In this document: one piece after another, positions 37,851-47,364 of the stretch
Position numbering within the stretch: position 1 is the first letter of the stretch
Layout of the letters: each line of letters starts with the position of its first letter
The notes under the pieces: generated by a model
What the model saw: only the letters and a program-made list of their open reading frames with translations
What the model was told of the DNA's origin: nothing
Databases searched by the model: none
DNA from: Candidatus Multivoradales bacterium
GTDB lineage: Bacteria > Acidobacteriota > Thermoanaerobaculia > Multivoradales > Multivoraceae
DNA: 64,000 nt
Assembly: GCA_965223325.1 (NCBI GenBank)
Contig: CBDCWI010000002.1
Coordinates: forward strand, 3,840,001-3,904,000
Direction of reading: 5' to 3'
Made by a program: the position numbers and the translations under genes

Positions 37851-38501
37851 ATGATCAAGATCAATCTGGTTGGCGAAGGCCGCAAGGTCGTTGCCTCCAA
37901 GAAAAAGGCGGATCGCGGCGCCGGGCCATCGATGTCGCTCGGTGGCGAGAACCTCGCGAACATGTTGCTGATTGCCCTGACGATCGCTGGTCTCCTGATC
38001 GCGGCGGGTTGGTGGTTCGTCACCAACCGGGTCAAGCAGTCCAAAGCCGAGGAGATCCGAGTAGCGCAGCAGCGCGTCGAGGAGCTCGAGGAGATCATCG
38101 CGCAGGTTGATGAGGCCAAGCGTAAGAAGGCGTTGCTCGAGCAGAAGATCCAGGTCATCACCGACCTGAAGAACAACCAGACCGGCCCAGTGAAGATCAT
38201 GGACGAGGTCTCGAAGGGCCTGCCCGACCTGCTCTGGCTCGATCGCCTCGACCTGAAGGGTGGCCAGGTTTCTCTGACCGGTCGCAGCTTCAGCTGGAAC
38301 GCGGTTGCGAACCTGGCCGAGTACCTCGATGAGGTACCGGCGTTCAGAGAGCCGGAGGGTACGCGACTCACTCAGCAAGGTGATGTCTACAACTTTGCGA
38401 TGAGCTTCAAGTTCGATCCAACTGCGGTCTCGACGGGTGCTTCGACCGACGAAGAAGAAGACGCCGACGAAGACACTGTCACGGAGGACGACGAGCAATG
38501 A
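37851..38501 (+). CDS. pilN: Type IV pilus assembly protein PilN
   Basis: N-terminal MIKINL motif, TM helix, coiled coil, LPDLLWL. Confidence 0.9.
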   Translation: MIKINLVGEGRKVVASKKKADRGAGPSMSLGGENLANMLLIALTIAGLLIAAGWWFVTNRVKQSKAEEIRVAQQRVEELEEIIAQVDEAKRKKALLEQKIQVITDLKNNQTGPVKIMDEVSKGLPDLLWLDRLDLKGGQVSLTGRSFSWNAVANLAEYLDEVPAFREPEGTRLTQQGDVYNFAMSFKFDPTAVSTGASTDEEEDADEDTVTEDDEQ

Positions 38502-38507
38502 GGCGTG

Positions 38508-38533
38508 GAGGTGACTCGTTCATGAGTCGCCTC
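38508..38533. other. Intergenic stem-loop between pilN and pilO
   Basis: GAGGTGACTC-gttcat-GAGTCGCCTC, 10-bp stem with one G-U pair. Confidence 0.6.
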
Positions 38534-38569
38534 GAGAAGGCCCCCCATGCCCATCGATAAGGAATTGTC

Positions 38570-39169
38570 ATGCAGACAGGTCTAGAAGGAAAACCCTGGT
38601 ACTTCGGTCTCCTCGGCGGTTTGGTGGTTGCGGCCATCCTCATCGGCCTTGGCTACCAGGTGAAGGTGAAGGGTCTCAAGGAGGAGATCGCACGCCAGGA
38701 CAAACAGCTCGCCAAGCTCGAGGCACGCATTCAGGAGGGTGAAGCGGCTCAGAAGCAGCTACCCGAGTTCCAGGAGATGGTGCGTCGCCTGGAGGCCGAC
38801 CTCGAGAAGCTCCTCCGCATCCTGCCCGACAAGCGTGCGGTGCACGATCTCATCCGCCAGTTCCGCGCAGTAGCCGAGCGCGAGGACTTCGACCTCATTC
38901 GATTCCAGCCAGGGCGAGAGGTCGAGAAGGAGTTCTTCAACGAGTGGCCGATGCAGCTGTCCGTTCGCGGTAGCTACCACGCACTGGCGCGCTTCTTCGA
39001 TCGCATGAGTCGCTTCTCTCGAATCATCAATATCGATCAGTTGAGGGTGCAGGGCAACCGCAGAGGGAATACCGACCCGACGCGCACGATCGAAGCGAAT
39101 TTCACCGCGAAGACTTTTGTGTACAAAGAAGATGAAGGTGCGGCCGACGCCGCTGGAGGTGGGGGATGA
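38570..39169 (+). CDS. pilO: Type IV pilus assembly protein PilO
   Basis: TM helix plus coiled coil, LP, FFNEWP, GSYH.LARFF...RIINI. Confidence 0.92.
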   Translation: MQTGLEGKPWYFGLLGGLVVAAILIGLGYQVKVKGLKEEIARQDKQLAKLEARIQEGEAAQKQLPEFQEMVRRLEADLEKLLRILPDKRAVHDLIRQFRAVAEREDFDLIRFQPGREVEKEFFNEWPMQLSVRGSYHALARFFDRMSRFSRIINIDQLRVQGNRRGNTDPTRTIEANFTAKTFVYKEDEGAADAAGGGG

Positions 39170-39816
39170 CCTTCTTTCTGCGAGGCCTGGGCCTTGCCCT
39201 CATCCTGCTCCTGGTTCCCACAAGTGGGGTTCTAGCGCAGGAAGAAGACGACTTTGAAGATCTCGAAAACCTCTTCGAAGAAGAGGACGGCGGCCAAGAA
39301 GCCGGGGCGGAAGACTTCGCCGGGGACGATGAAGGCTTCGACGCCGCCGAGTTCGAGGACCCGAGTGACGCCGGCACCGGCGTGGCAGACGGTCCCGATG
39401 CCGACTTTGAGTACATCGACGATCTTCTCGCGGGAGACGAGGACGTGCTCGACAACACGGGCTATTCCTACGACGACCGCAACCGCCGTGACCCCTTTCG
39501 ATCGTTGCTCATTCGCAACGATGCCGGTCAAAGGGAAAAGACGGGTGAGAGACCGGAAGGTATCGCCGGGCTCGCAGTGAATGAAATCACCGTGACCGGT
39601 GTCTGGGTGACCGAAGACGGTCCCGTGGCACAGGTCCAGGCTGCCAATAAGGCAAAGAGTTACTTAATCCGCCCGGGCGATCAGCTCTGGGACGGAGAGG
39701 TCCTAAGGATTACCTATGAACGCTACGCGGGTTCCGAGATCGTCTTCAATCAGGAAGTCACCGATCCACAGGCCCCCAAGCCGTTCCGTGAGGTCATCCG
39801 GAGACTCGAACCGTAG
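39166..39816 (+). CDS. pilP: PilP-like pilus assembly protein with acidic N-terminal region
   Basis: Y....RRDPF motif and C-terminal beta domain (YLIRPGD.L.DG.V); position between pilO and pilQ. Confidence 0.75.
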   Translation: MTFFLRGLGLALILLLVPTSGVLAQEEDDFEDLENLFEEEDGGQEAGAEDFAGDDEGFDAAEFEDPSDAGTGVADGPDADFEYIDDLLAGDEDVLDNTGYSYDDRNRRDPFRSLLIRNDAGQREKTGERPEGIAGLAVNEITVTGVWVTEDGPVAQVQAANKAKSYLIRPGDQLWDGEVLRITYERYAGSEIVFNQEVTDPQAPKPFREVIRRLEP

Positions 39817-39831
39817 GCCTTTGGCCTACGG
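39811..39831. other. Perfect hairpin over the pilP stop codon, abutting the pilQ ribosome-binding site
   Basis: CCGTAGGCC-TTT-GGCCTACGG followed by AGGGAGG. Confidence 0.65.
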
Positions 39832-39848
39832 AGGGAGGCGAGTGTCAC

Positions 39849-42572
39849 ATGTCTAGTGCATTCAATTTGATGGAATCGTCAATGAATCGTAAATCATTTC
39901 TCGTGACCCTATGCGTCGTGTTGGCGCTGGTGGTCTCTTCAAGTGCCTTTGGTCAATCGGCAACTCGCCTCGATCCTGTGAAGGTCGAAGACCTCGCCCT
40001 TCAGCAGGGTGCGGCTGATGCTCAAGTGGAGCTACGCGCAAGCGGCAGCATCGTTTGGACTCAGTACCGGGACGCCGACGCGAACCTGGTCATCGAACTA
40101 CCAAACACCACTGTTGACCCGGGTTTCGAAGGCCTTGCCGCCCCCGAAGGGTTGGTCGAAGCCATCGAAGTCGACGCCGACACGAGTGGGCCACGCCCGC
40201 TGACCAGGATCGTCGTCAAGACGCGTCAGGCGGCGGAGCACACCCTGAGTGTCGATGGCTCGCTCTTGCAGCTTCAGCTCACCGAGGTTGGCGCGGTCGT
40301 CGCGGACGCGGCGGCGAACGACCCGGCTCCCGAGCTCATGCCTGTCGAGCAGCCACTGCCCACCGTCGAAACTGCTCCCGAGCAGGCCTTTGAAGAAGCA
40401 CCGGTTGACACAGCGTTTGACGCGGGCTCCGAGGCCATCGAAGCGCAACCGGCCGTCGAGGAGCTCGGAACCGAGGTTCTCGCCGCTGACACGGTGACGC
40501 CGCTCGAGAACAGCGATACGACGGAGACCTGGGAAGAGGCGCCAGCTCCGATCGCCCCAGTACCCCCCGTGCCGGCGATCAGGCTGGGAACAGCGGACAA
40601 CCCGGCCTGGGGCCCAGCCCCGACCGGAATTGCAGCCAGCCGTCTGGAAGGCGTCCTGCTCGAGCAGGGTGCTGTCGCTAGCGACACTGTGGTTCGCGTT
40701 CTCGGGGACGGGCAGTTTCGCTACACGACCTTCCTGCTCGAAGACCCAGCGCGCTTCGTGATCGACCTGCAGGGCGCAGTCAACGTGTCCTCGCAGAGTT
40801 CGGTCGCCGTGTCGGGCGGATACCTCGATCGCGTGCGCATGTCCCAGTTCGCTCCCCAGCCCGATCCCGTCTCTCGCGTCGTTTTCGATCTCGCGGACTC
40901 GGCTTGGCCGGTGATCGAGACGACGGACTCCGGTCTTGCCGTTCGGTTTGTCGAAGATGGTCATCCGGCCCTGGCGGCCGCGACGCCCACAGCGACCGAC
41001 TGGGAGTCAACCGCCAGCCAGGATTCCTTCGCCGAGACTGCCGTGGCGAGCTCCGATTCTCTCGGCGAGCCCGTGGTGGTCGCGGAGACGGCCGAGTGGG
41101 CCGAGGAAACGCCCCTCGTCGTCGAGCGCGGTGAGATGCCGGCCTACCCGGTGGACGAGAACACGACCGGCAACGTCAGCCTCTTTGAAGCACAGGATGT
41201 CGAGATCGAACAACCGCAGCCGCTCGTGCAGTCGGCCGGTTCCGATCCGTTCGGAGTTCGCAACATCGATGCAACTGGCCAGCGCGAGTACTTCGGCGAG
41301 CCGATCAGCATGAGCCTCAAGGACGCCGACATCACCGAGGTCCTGCGTTCGATCGCGCGCCTCTCGGGTCTGAACATCGTCATCCAGCCTGGAGTTGATG
41401 GCCCGGTAACCGTCGAGCTCGATCGGGTGCCGTGGGATCAGGCGCTCGAGCAGATTCTCAAGATCAACAACCTGGGCATGCAGCTCGAAGGCAATATCTT
41501 GCGCATCGCACCGGTCGGCCAGCTGCGCAAGGAGGCTCGAGAGGCTCAGGAGCTCCAGCTTGCCAAGGCGCTCTCAGTACCGCTCAAGACGGTCCTCAAG
41601 CGCATCAGCTACGCCAAGGCCGCGAACATTGCTCGGATCTTGACCACTGCGCAGCGTTCGCGCGGTGGCAACCGGGGCAACATAGCCCTCAATCAGCAGC
41701 GTGGCATTCTCAGTCAGCGCGGCACGATCTCAGTCGATACGCGCACCAACACGCTCATCATTCAGGAACTACCCGACTACCTGGACACCGTGATTCAGGT
41801 GATCGAGAACCTCGACATCCCTGAGAAGCAGGTGATGATCGAAGCCCGCATCATCGAGACCACCCGCAATTTCAGTCGCACCCTGGGTGTGGGTTGGAAT
41901 TTCAGTGGTGTCGCAGACAACCGTTACGGCAACACGACGGGCTTGCAGTTCCCGAACAACATCACGGGAGCCAACGGGGCCGAGCGCGCACAGGGCGGGG
42001 TCAACTTGCTGACTGGTGGCAACAACGGGTTCTTGAACTTCGGGCTGGGCAACATCCTGAACACCTTCGAGCTCGACGTGCAACTTCAAGCCGCCGAAAC
42101 CGATGGCTTGGTCAACGTGATCTCGGCCCCCAAGGTGGCGACGCTGAACAACGAACAGGCATCGATCCAGACGGGTCTTCAAATTCCGATTCAGACCGTC
42201 GCCAACAACACGGTTTCGGTTCAGTTCATCAACGCGACCTTGCGCCTGGATGTCACCCCACAGGTCACGGCCGAGGGCACGATCCTGATGGACATCAACA
42301 TTCAGAAGCGTGAGCCTCAGCTCGGCCTGATCATCACTGGTGCAACGAACGCACCGATCGCCACGCGCGAGGCACGTACCCGGGTGATCGTGCGCGACGG
42401 CGGCACGGCGGTCATCGGTGGCATCTACGAAGTTTCGGCCAACCAGGGTACCGACAAGGTCCCGGGTCTCGCCAACATCCCCCTCCTTGGCCATCTCTTC
42501 AAGAATCGAAGCAAGAGCAACCAGAATGAGGAACTGCTCATCTTCATCACGCCTCGAGTGATTCAGCTGTAG
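39849..42572 (+). CDS. pilQ: Type IV pilus secretin PilQ with two AMIN-like domains
   Basis: Signal peptide; AMIN-like LVIEL and PARFVIDL...SRVVFDL; GEPISMSLKDAD, VPWDQAL, QVMIEARI, VPGLANIPLLGHLFK, ELLIFITPRV. Confidence 0.95.
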   Translation: MSSAFNLMESSMNRKSFLVTLCVVLALVVSSSAFGQSATRLDPVKVEDLALQQGAADAQVELRASGSIVWTQYRDADANLVIELPNTTVDPGFEGLAAPEGLVEAIEVDADTSGPRPLTRIVVKTRQAAEHTLSVDGSLLQLQLTEVGAVVADAAANDPAPELMPVEQPLPTVETAPEQAFEEAPVDTAFDAGSEAIEAQPAVEELGTEVLAADTVTPLENSDTTETWEEAPAPIAPVPPVPAIRLGTADNPAWGPAPTGIAASRLEGVLLEQGAVASDTVVRVLGDGQFRYTTFLLEDPARFVIDLQGAVNVSSQSSVAVSGGYLDRVRMSQFAPQPDPVSRVVFDLADSAWPVIETTDSGLAVRFVEDGHPALAAATPTATDWESTASQDSFAETAVASSDSLGEPVVVAETAEWAEETPLVVERGEMPAYPVDENTTGNVSLFEAQDVEIEQPQPLVQSAGSDPFGVRNIDATGQREYFGEPISMSLKDADITEVLRSIARLSGLNIVIQPGVDGPVTVELDRVPWDQALEQILKINNLGMQLEGNILRIAPVGQLRKEAREAQELQLAKALSVPLKTVLKRISYAKAANIARILTTAQRSRGGNRGNIALNQQRGILSQRGTISVDTRTNTLIIQELPDYLDTVIQVIENLDIPEKQVMIEARIIETTRNFSRTLGVGWNFSGVADNRYGNTTGLQFPNNITGANGAERAQGGVNLLTGGNNGFLNFGLGNILNTFELDVQLQAAETDGLVNVISAPKVATLNNEQASIQTGLQIPIQTVANNTVSVQFINATLRLDVTPQVTAEGTILMDINIQKREPQLGLIITGATNAPIATREARTRVIVRDGGTAVIGGIYEVSANQGTDKVPGLANIPLLGHLFKNRSKSNQNEELLIFITPRVIQL

Positions 42573-42593
42573 GACCCTCCGGAGAAAACAGGA

Positions 42594-43181
42594 ATGAAAA
42601 AGACACTTGCAATCCTCATTTCGCTTTTCGCGGCTGTCTCACTGATCAGCTGTGAGAGTTCGACGCAGAAGACCGATGGTGGTGGCATTATCTTGTCGAT
42701 CACCGACTTCGGCGAGGCCCCGCTTTCGCCGAGCGTGAACTTCGCGGCGTCGCCTTTCGACCCCCAGAACGAGTTTCTGACCGGTGGCTATATCGCCTTG
42801 TCGAACGTCGTGATCGCGGCGGTCGTCAAGGAGCCCAATGCGCCGACCGCCAATCTGCAGAACGTCGAGCTGCAGGCGATCGAAGTGACCTACACCCGCG
42901 GCGATCAGGGGACTCGCGTACCCCCGCCGATCGTGCAGAACATCTTCGGCGTCATCACGCCGGGCGGCACGAACACCCTGAATCGCGTCGACATCATTAC
43001 TCCAGAGCAGCTCAGTGAGCCGCCGGTCGAGGACCTTCTCTGGGAGAACGGTGGCCTTGATCTGGAAACCCGCGACGAGTCGATCGTTCTCGTCGCCCAC
43101 ATCCGCGCCTTCGGTCGCGGCCTGTCCGGAGAAGAGCTGGTGTCGGCCCCGGCTAAGTATTCCTTTCGTTTGGTGCCCTGA
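42594..43181 (+). CDS. Hypothetical lipoprotein, beta-rich
   Basis: SD GGAG; lipobox LISC; directly after pilQ. Confidence 0.7.
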   Translation: MKKTLAILISLFAAVSLISCESSTQKTDGGGIILSITDFGEAPLSPSVNFAASPFDPQNEFLTGGYIALSNVVIAAVVKEPNAPTANLQNVELQAIEVTYTRGDQGTRVPPPIVQNIFGVITPGGTNTLNRVDIITPEQLSEPPVEDLLWENGGLDLETRDESIVLVAHIRAFGRGLSGEELVSAPAKYSFRLVP

Positions 43182-43196
43182 GGAGACTTCTAAATC

Positions 43197-45146
43197 ATGA
43201 ACATGCAATCTAAACTGCCGGCGCGCTGGCGCCACCTGGGATACTTCTTCCTGTTGGTGGCTTTCCTGGTGAGCATCGGCTGCTCAAAGGACCGTCCTTC
43301 GGAACCTGTTCCGAATGAGACTACGGTGCCCGTTGCGACGTACAACGTCACTGTGGCTTTGTCGCAGAACTCAATCGAGGCGAACTCGCCAAACACTGTC
43401 AACGTAACGGTGACAGTGCGACATGCCGGCAACGGCAATCCTCCCCCGCGTGGAACGAAGGCCGTCGTCACGACGACGATGGGTGGCTTCATCTCCGGAA
43501 CCGAGCAGTTTCAGCGTATAGAGGTCGAACTGCCTGACAACGGTCAGATCACCCTGGCCCTGTCGCCAGGCGCAGCCGCCGGACGCGCTGTCATCGATGC
43601 GCTCGTCCAGGGCGCTCGCGGTCGCAATGAGCTGCAGATCACGGGTGGCCAGGTCTTCTCGTTGAACCGTGTTGACCCCAACCGTGGCAGCCCCAACGGT
43701 GGAGAAGCGATTCGTATCTACGGTTCGGGCTTTGTCTCGCCGGTTACGGTCAAGTTCGACGGCGTCGATGCCCGTGTTCTCGGTGTCACCCCAACCCAGA
43801 TTCGGGTCGAGGTGCCGGGGCTTCCGAACGGTTCCCTGCCGGGCGGTGGCACCGAGCTTGCTGTGGACGTGTCGGTTTCCAATGGTTCCGGTGGAACACA
43901 GACCCTCACCGACGCCTTCTTCTACTCAGAACTCGGTTCGGCCTCCGACAAGCCGCGCATCTTCTCGATCGATCCGAATTCCGGTCCGACTGCGGGCGGC
44001 AACCAGGTCACCATCCGAGGCGATGGCTTTGTCCAGCCGCTGCGGATCGAGTTCCAGTCGGGACCAGACCTCAGTTCTGCCGCCGGCGCTGGCGCCGAAG
44101 CACAGTTGGTGTCCTTCTCGCCGACGGAACTGGTGGTGATCGCACCGCGGGTGACGACGATGAACGGCGCCGGCGATGTTCGGGTAACCAACGTCGAGAC
44201 CGGCAGATTCGGAGTCTTCACCGACGGCTACACCTTTACCGATATCGAGGTCTTCTCGGTCTCTCCGAGTCAGGGGCCGGCAGCGGGTGGCACGCAGGTG
44301 ACCATCTTCGGCTCAGGTTTCACGGAACCTCTGGAAGTCAAATTCGGTGGAGCAATCGCCACCGTGGTGTCGGTGACCTCGGATCAGATCGTTGCAGTCA
44401 CGGGGCCGGCAACTCTGACGAGTTGCGCCGACTTCACGACGCCGGTGACGGTCACCCAGCTCACCGCTGGAGTGTCCGGCACGGGCGGAGCGTTCACCTA
44501 CCTGGTGAGCATGCCGACCGTGACGTCGATCTCGCCGTCGAGCGGGTCGCAGAACGGCGGAGCCAACTTGACGATCACAGGTACCGACCTGGGCCAGGTG
44601 CAGGAGGTCCGCTTCGGAGACGGAGGATCGACCTTCGGCACGTCGAACGCGAGTAATGCAACGTCGACGACTGTCAACGTCGTAACGCCATCTGCCCCGG
44701 ACAGCTTCTTCGACACCGTCAGCTGCACGATCGCGGGTGGCGGTAGCGGAACCCAGGCGGTGAACACGACGGCAACCGTTTCGGTCGTCGACTCGGCGAC
44801 CACTTGCACGGCATCGGGCACCTTTACCTACAGTCCCAGCAACCCGACCTGCCAGGCCGGCGGTGGCGGTGGTGGAACGGGCGGTGCGTGTGCGGTGGCT
44901 GACTTCACCGCGACGGTTGATCCGGTGACCTCGATGGTGACCTTCACGGATCAGTCGACGGGCGACATCGGCTCGTACTTCTGGGACTACGACGACGGCA
45001 ATACGTCGACGGTGATGGGTACCAACACCTACACCTACGCCGCACCCGGGACCTACTCGGTCACCCTGGTGGTCACCTACTCCGGCCCGTCCGGTGGCAC
45101 CTGCCCCGGCTCGTCAATGGACTCTCAGGCGGTCGTCGTGCCGTAG
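43197..45146 (+). CDS. Lipoprotein with an Ig-like domain, four IPT/TIG repeats and a C-terminal PKD domain
   Basis: Lipobox SIGC; repeats of P..G...GG..V.I.G.GF; PKD motifs ADF, FTDQSTG, WDYDDG, Y..PGTYSVTLVV. Confidence 0.85.
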   Translation: MNMQSKLPARWRHLGYFFLLVAFLVSIGCSKDRPSEPVPNETTVPVATYNVTVALSQNSIEANSPNTVNVTVTVRHAGNGNPPPRGTKAVVTTTMGGFISGTEQFQRIEVELPDNGQITLALSPGAAAGRAVIDALVQGARGRNELQITGGQVFSLNRVDPNRGSPNGGEAIRIYGSGFVSPVTVKFDGVDARVLGVTPTQIRVEVPGLPNGSLPGGGTELAVDVSVSNGSGGTQTLTDAFFYSELGSASDKPRIFSIDPNSGPTAGGNQVTIRGDGFVQPLRIEFQSGPDLSSAAGAGAEAQLVSFSPTELVVIAPRVTTMNGAGDVRVTNVETGRFGVFTDGYTFTDIEVFSVSPSQGPAAGGTQVTIFGSGFTEPLEVKFGGAIATVVSVTSDQIVAVTGPATLTSCADFTTPVTVTQLTAGVSGTGGAFTYLVSMPTVTSISPSSGSQNGGANLTITGTDLGQVQEVRFGDGGSTFGTSNASNATSTTVNVVTPSAPDSFFDTVSCTIAGGGSGTQAVNTTATVSVVDSATTCTASGTFTYSPSNPTCQAGGGGGGTGGACAVADFTATVDPVTSMVTFTDQSTGDIGSYFWDYDDGNTSTVMGTNTYTYAAPGTYSVTLVVTYSGPSGGTCPGSSMDSQAVVVP

Positions 45147-45250
45147 TCAGTATGCAGGCCTGGATGGGCCTGGATGGATTCGAGGGAGGGTGGTTGAAAG
45201 ACCATCCTCCCTTTGTCCGTTTCGCGCTACCAGGATGTTGGGCACTGCAA

Positions 45251-45280
45251 TAGACGATCTCGAGCCTCGCTCCGTATACT
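45251..45280 (+). promoter_or_regulatory. Candidate sigma70 promoter; transcript would be leaderless or nearly so
   Basis: TAGACG-N18-TATACT ending 5 bp before GTG 45286 and 8 bp before ATG 45289. Confidence 0.4.
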
Positions 45281-45285
45281 GAAAC

Positions 45286-46215
45286 GTGATGAGAAACCCC
45301 ATGCGCCTATTCGTCGTCCTAGCACTCTCCCTCGCGGCTCTAGCGGCCCTCGCCGCTTGTGATTCCGCGAGCCCTGTGGCTCCCGAAGGGACGGTACTGA
45401 CCATCAGCGTCAACCCGACGCGGATTTCAGCCACCGGCGAAGCCGACGTGCGCGTGGTTGCCCGCAAGCCCAATGGCAACGCGGTCAACACTGGGACCTT
45501 GATTCGGTTCACTACCAGCCTGGGCGACATCCCGTCGACCGTGCCGACGGACGGTTTCGGCGAGGCGCGTACCAAGATCAGGGGGACCGGCGTCGCCGGC
45601 GTCGCCTCGATTCGTGCCAGCACGGGCAGCTCCGAGGAGGTCACCGTCGACGTGCGCATCGGGCTGCAGGCCGGTGCGGTCAGTCTGCAGGCGAACCCGT
45701 CGTCGGTCCCCGAGACGGGCGGCGATGTCACTCTCCTGGCGGTGATTCGCGATGATGAGGGTCAACCGCTCGAGAACGCGACAGTCAACTTCCGCTCCTC
45801 GACCGGCTCGCTAGCTTCGGGCGGCGGCATTCTCACGACCGACAGCCAAGGCAGCGTCAGTGACGTTCTAACCGTCGCCGCCAGCGACATCGACGCTCTC
45901 GCTGGTGACAGCTTCCCGGTCGACGTCGAAGTCGGTAGTTCCGGTGGCAGCCTGACTGCCCAGACCACCGTGTCCGTTCTGCGCCTGCCCAAGGCAGACT
46001 TCAGCTTCAGCGCCAACAACCTCAATGTCGTCTTCCAGGACACCTCAACCGGCAACCCAACCGAGTGGCGCTGGGAATTCGGTGATGGCAACACGAGCAC
46101 GTCGCAGAACCCAAGCAACGCCTATCCCGGTCCCGATACTTATACCGTGACGCTCCGGGTCTCGAACAGTCTCGGGTCCTCGACTACCTCGAAACTGGTG
46201 CGTGTGAATCAGTAG
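45286..46215 (+). CDS. Lipoprotein with two Big-1/invasin-like Ig domains and a PKD domain
   Basis: Lipobox LAAC; TD..G.A and D..G.PL....V.F motifs; PKD motifs FQDTSTG, WEFGDG, YTVTL.VSN. Confidence 0.85.
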   Translation: MMRNPMRLFVVLALSLAALAALAACDSASPVAPEGTVLTISVNPTRISATGEADVRVVARKPNGNAVNTGTLIRFTTSLGDIPSTVPTDGFGEARTKIRGTGVAGVASIRASTGSSEEVTVDVRIGLQAGAVSLQANPSSVPETGGDVTLLAVIRDDEGQPLENATVNFRSSTGSLASGGGILTTDSQGSVSDVLTVAASDIDALAGDSFPVDVEVGSSGGSLTAQTTVSVLRLPKADFSFSANNLNVVFQDTSTGNPTEWRWEFGDGNTSTSQNPSNAYPGPDTYTVTLRVSNSLGSSTTSKLVRVNQ

Positions 46216-46496
46216 CTGACACCTGCTTGCTCAGTTGCAGTTGCTGTGTTGCGCGGGCGCGGACGGCCAGGTTCGCGTGGTGAGTTCGGGATTGTGAGGA
46301 TGTGCCAGGCCGCCCTTTCGGAGTTGGCTTGCGCTCGTGTGTGGGGTGAGGGGGGTGTACGCTCGTGCTTCGCACATCGCGCGTTCATGCGCGCGCCTGC
46401 GGCGGCCTGCGCGGAAAGCTACTTCCATCCAGGCTGGCCGGCAAGGACGGTGGTCTTGCCGATGTACTCTTCGTTGCGAAGGGAGGCTAAGGGCTT

Positions 46497-47249
46497 ATGG
46501 GTTTTCGCTGGATGGTTGGAGTGACGGTGGTTATTGTTCTTGGTTGTGCTCCGGTCGTGAAGGAGTCGGCTGAGTCTTCGGGGCCGGCGGCCTCTGCCCT
46601 GCCAGGGGCCCGCTTGCAGCCGGGCACCGAGCTGGGGATCTATGCGCCGGAGCAGCACATGCCCTATGACGGGCGCTTCCGGATTCGGGGCTCTTCGATC
46701 TTCCAAGTGGGGACGCTCTCGGACCCGTCACCCTGGGACCACATGGGGGACGACGCGGCGTCGTTGCGCCCGGTGGAGGGGATCGTGGAGTTCGATGTCG
46801 ATGAGATCAACAACACGGGGACCTTTCGGGCGGCGCTCGACTTGCCCGAGGGGCACTACGTGGTGGAGCTCGAGGAGGTGGTTGAGTTTTCGCCGTGTCA
46901 GGACGGGGGCATCGCGGCGTTCATCTTTGAGCACGGCGATGCGGGGTGTGGAGACAGCAACTGGCCCAAGAGCCTCCTCTATGTCGCCGGCTGGGGCACG
47001 GGCAAGGCCACCCTCGACGGTGAACTGCTCTACCAGGACTACCAGATCCACTTCATGGTTACCCAGGGCATGCGTGATCGCGAGACACTCGAGGTCTTTG
47101 CGAATCCCGAGCGCTCGGGCCCAGGGGCCGTGAATCCGGCCGCGCAGCAGCTCGACTTCTATATCCGGAGTCCCGAGAAGAACGCCGAGAACCATCCTCA
47201 GCGTGAGGTCTTTGACCACTTCTTCGCCATGGAAGTGGCTTGGCGCTAG
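46497..47249 (+). CDS. Hypothetical lipoprotein (start 46497 or 46512)
   Basis: Lipobox VLGC; globular aromatic-rich sequence; no recognised family. Confidence 0.7.
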   Translation: MGFRWMVGVTVVIVLGCAPVVKESAESSGPAASALPGARLQPGTELGIYAPEQHMPYDGRFRIRGSSIFQVGTLSDPSPWDHMGDDAASLRPVEGIVEFDVDEINNTGTFRAALDLPEGHYVVELEEVVEFSPCQDGGIAAFIFEHGDAGCGDSNWPKSLLYVAGWGTGKATLDGELLYQDYQIHFMVTQGMRDRETLEVFANPERSGPGAVNPAAQQLDFYIRSPEKNAENHPQREVFDHFFAMEVAWR

Positions 47250-47291
47250 CCAGAGGATCTGAGCCGAGGGGCTATTTTCCTGGTTTTTCGC

Positions 47292-47300
47292 TGTTATACT
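47292..47300 (+). promoter_or_regulatory. Candidate extended -10 promoter for the TPR gene
   Basis: TG-T-TATACT preceded by T tracts; SD AAGGAG before ATG 47365. Confidence 0.45.
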
Positions 47301-47364
47301 CGTTTACTTGACGGGAGCCTCGGCTCCCCGTGTGTCTGGCTGGAGCCTGAAGGAGCCAAGTGCA

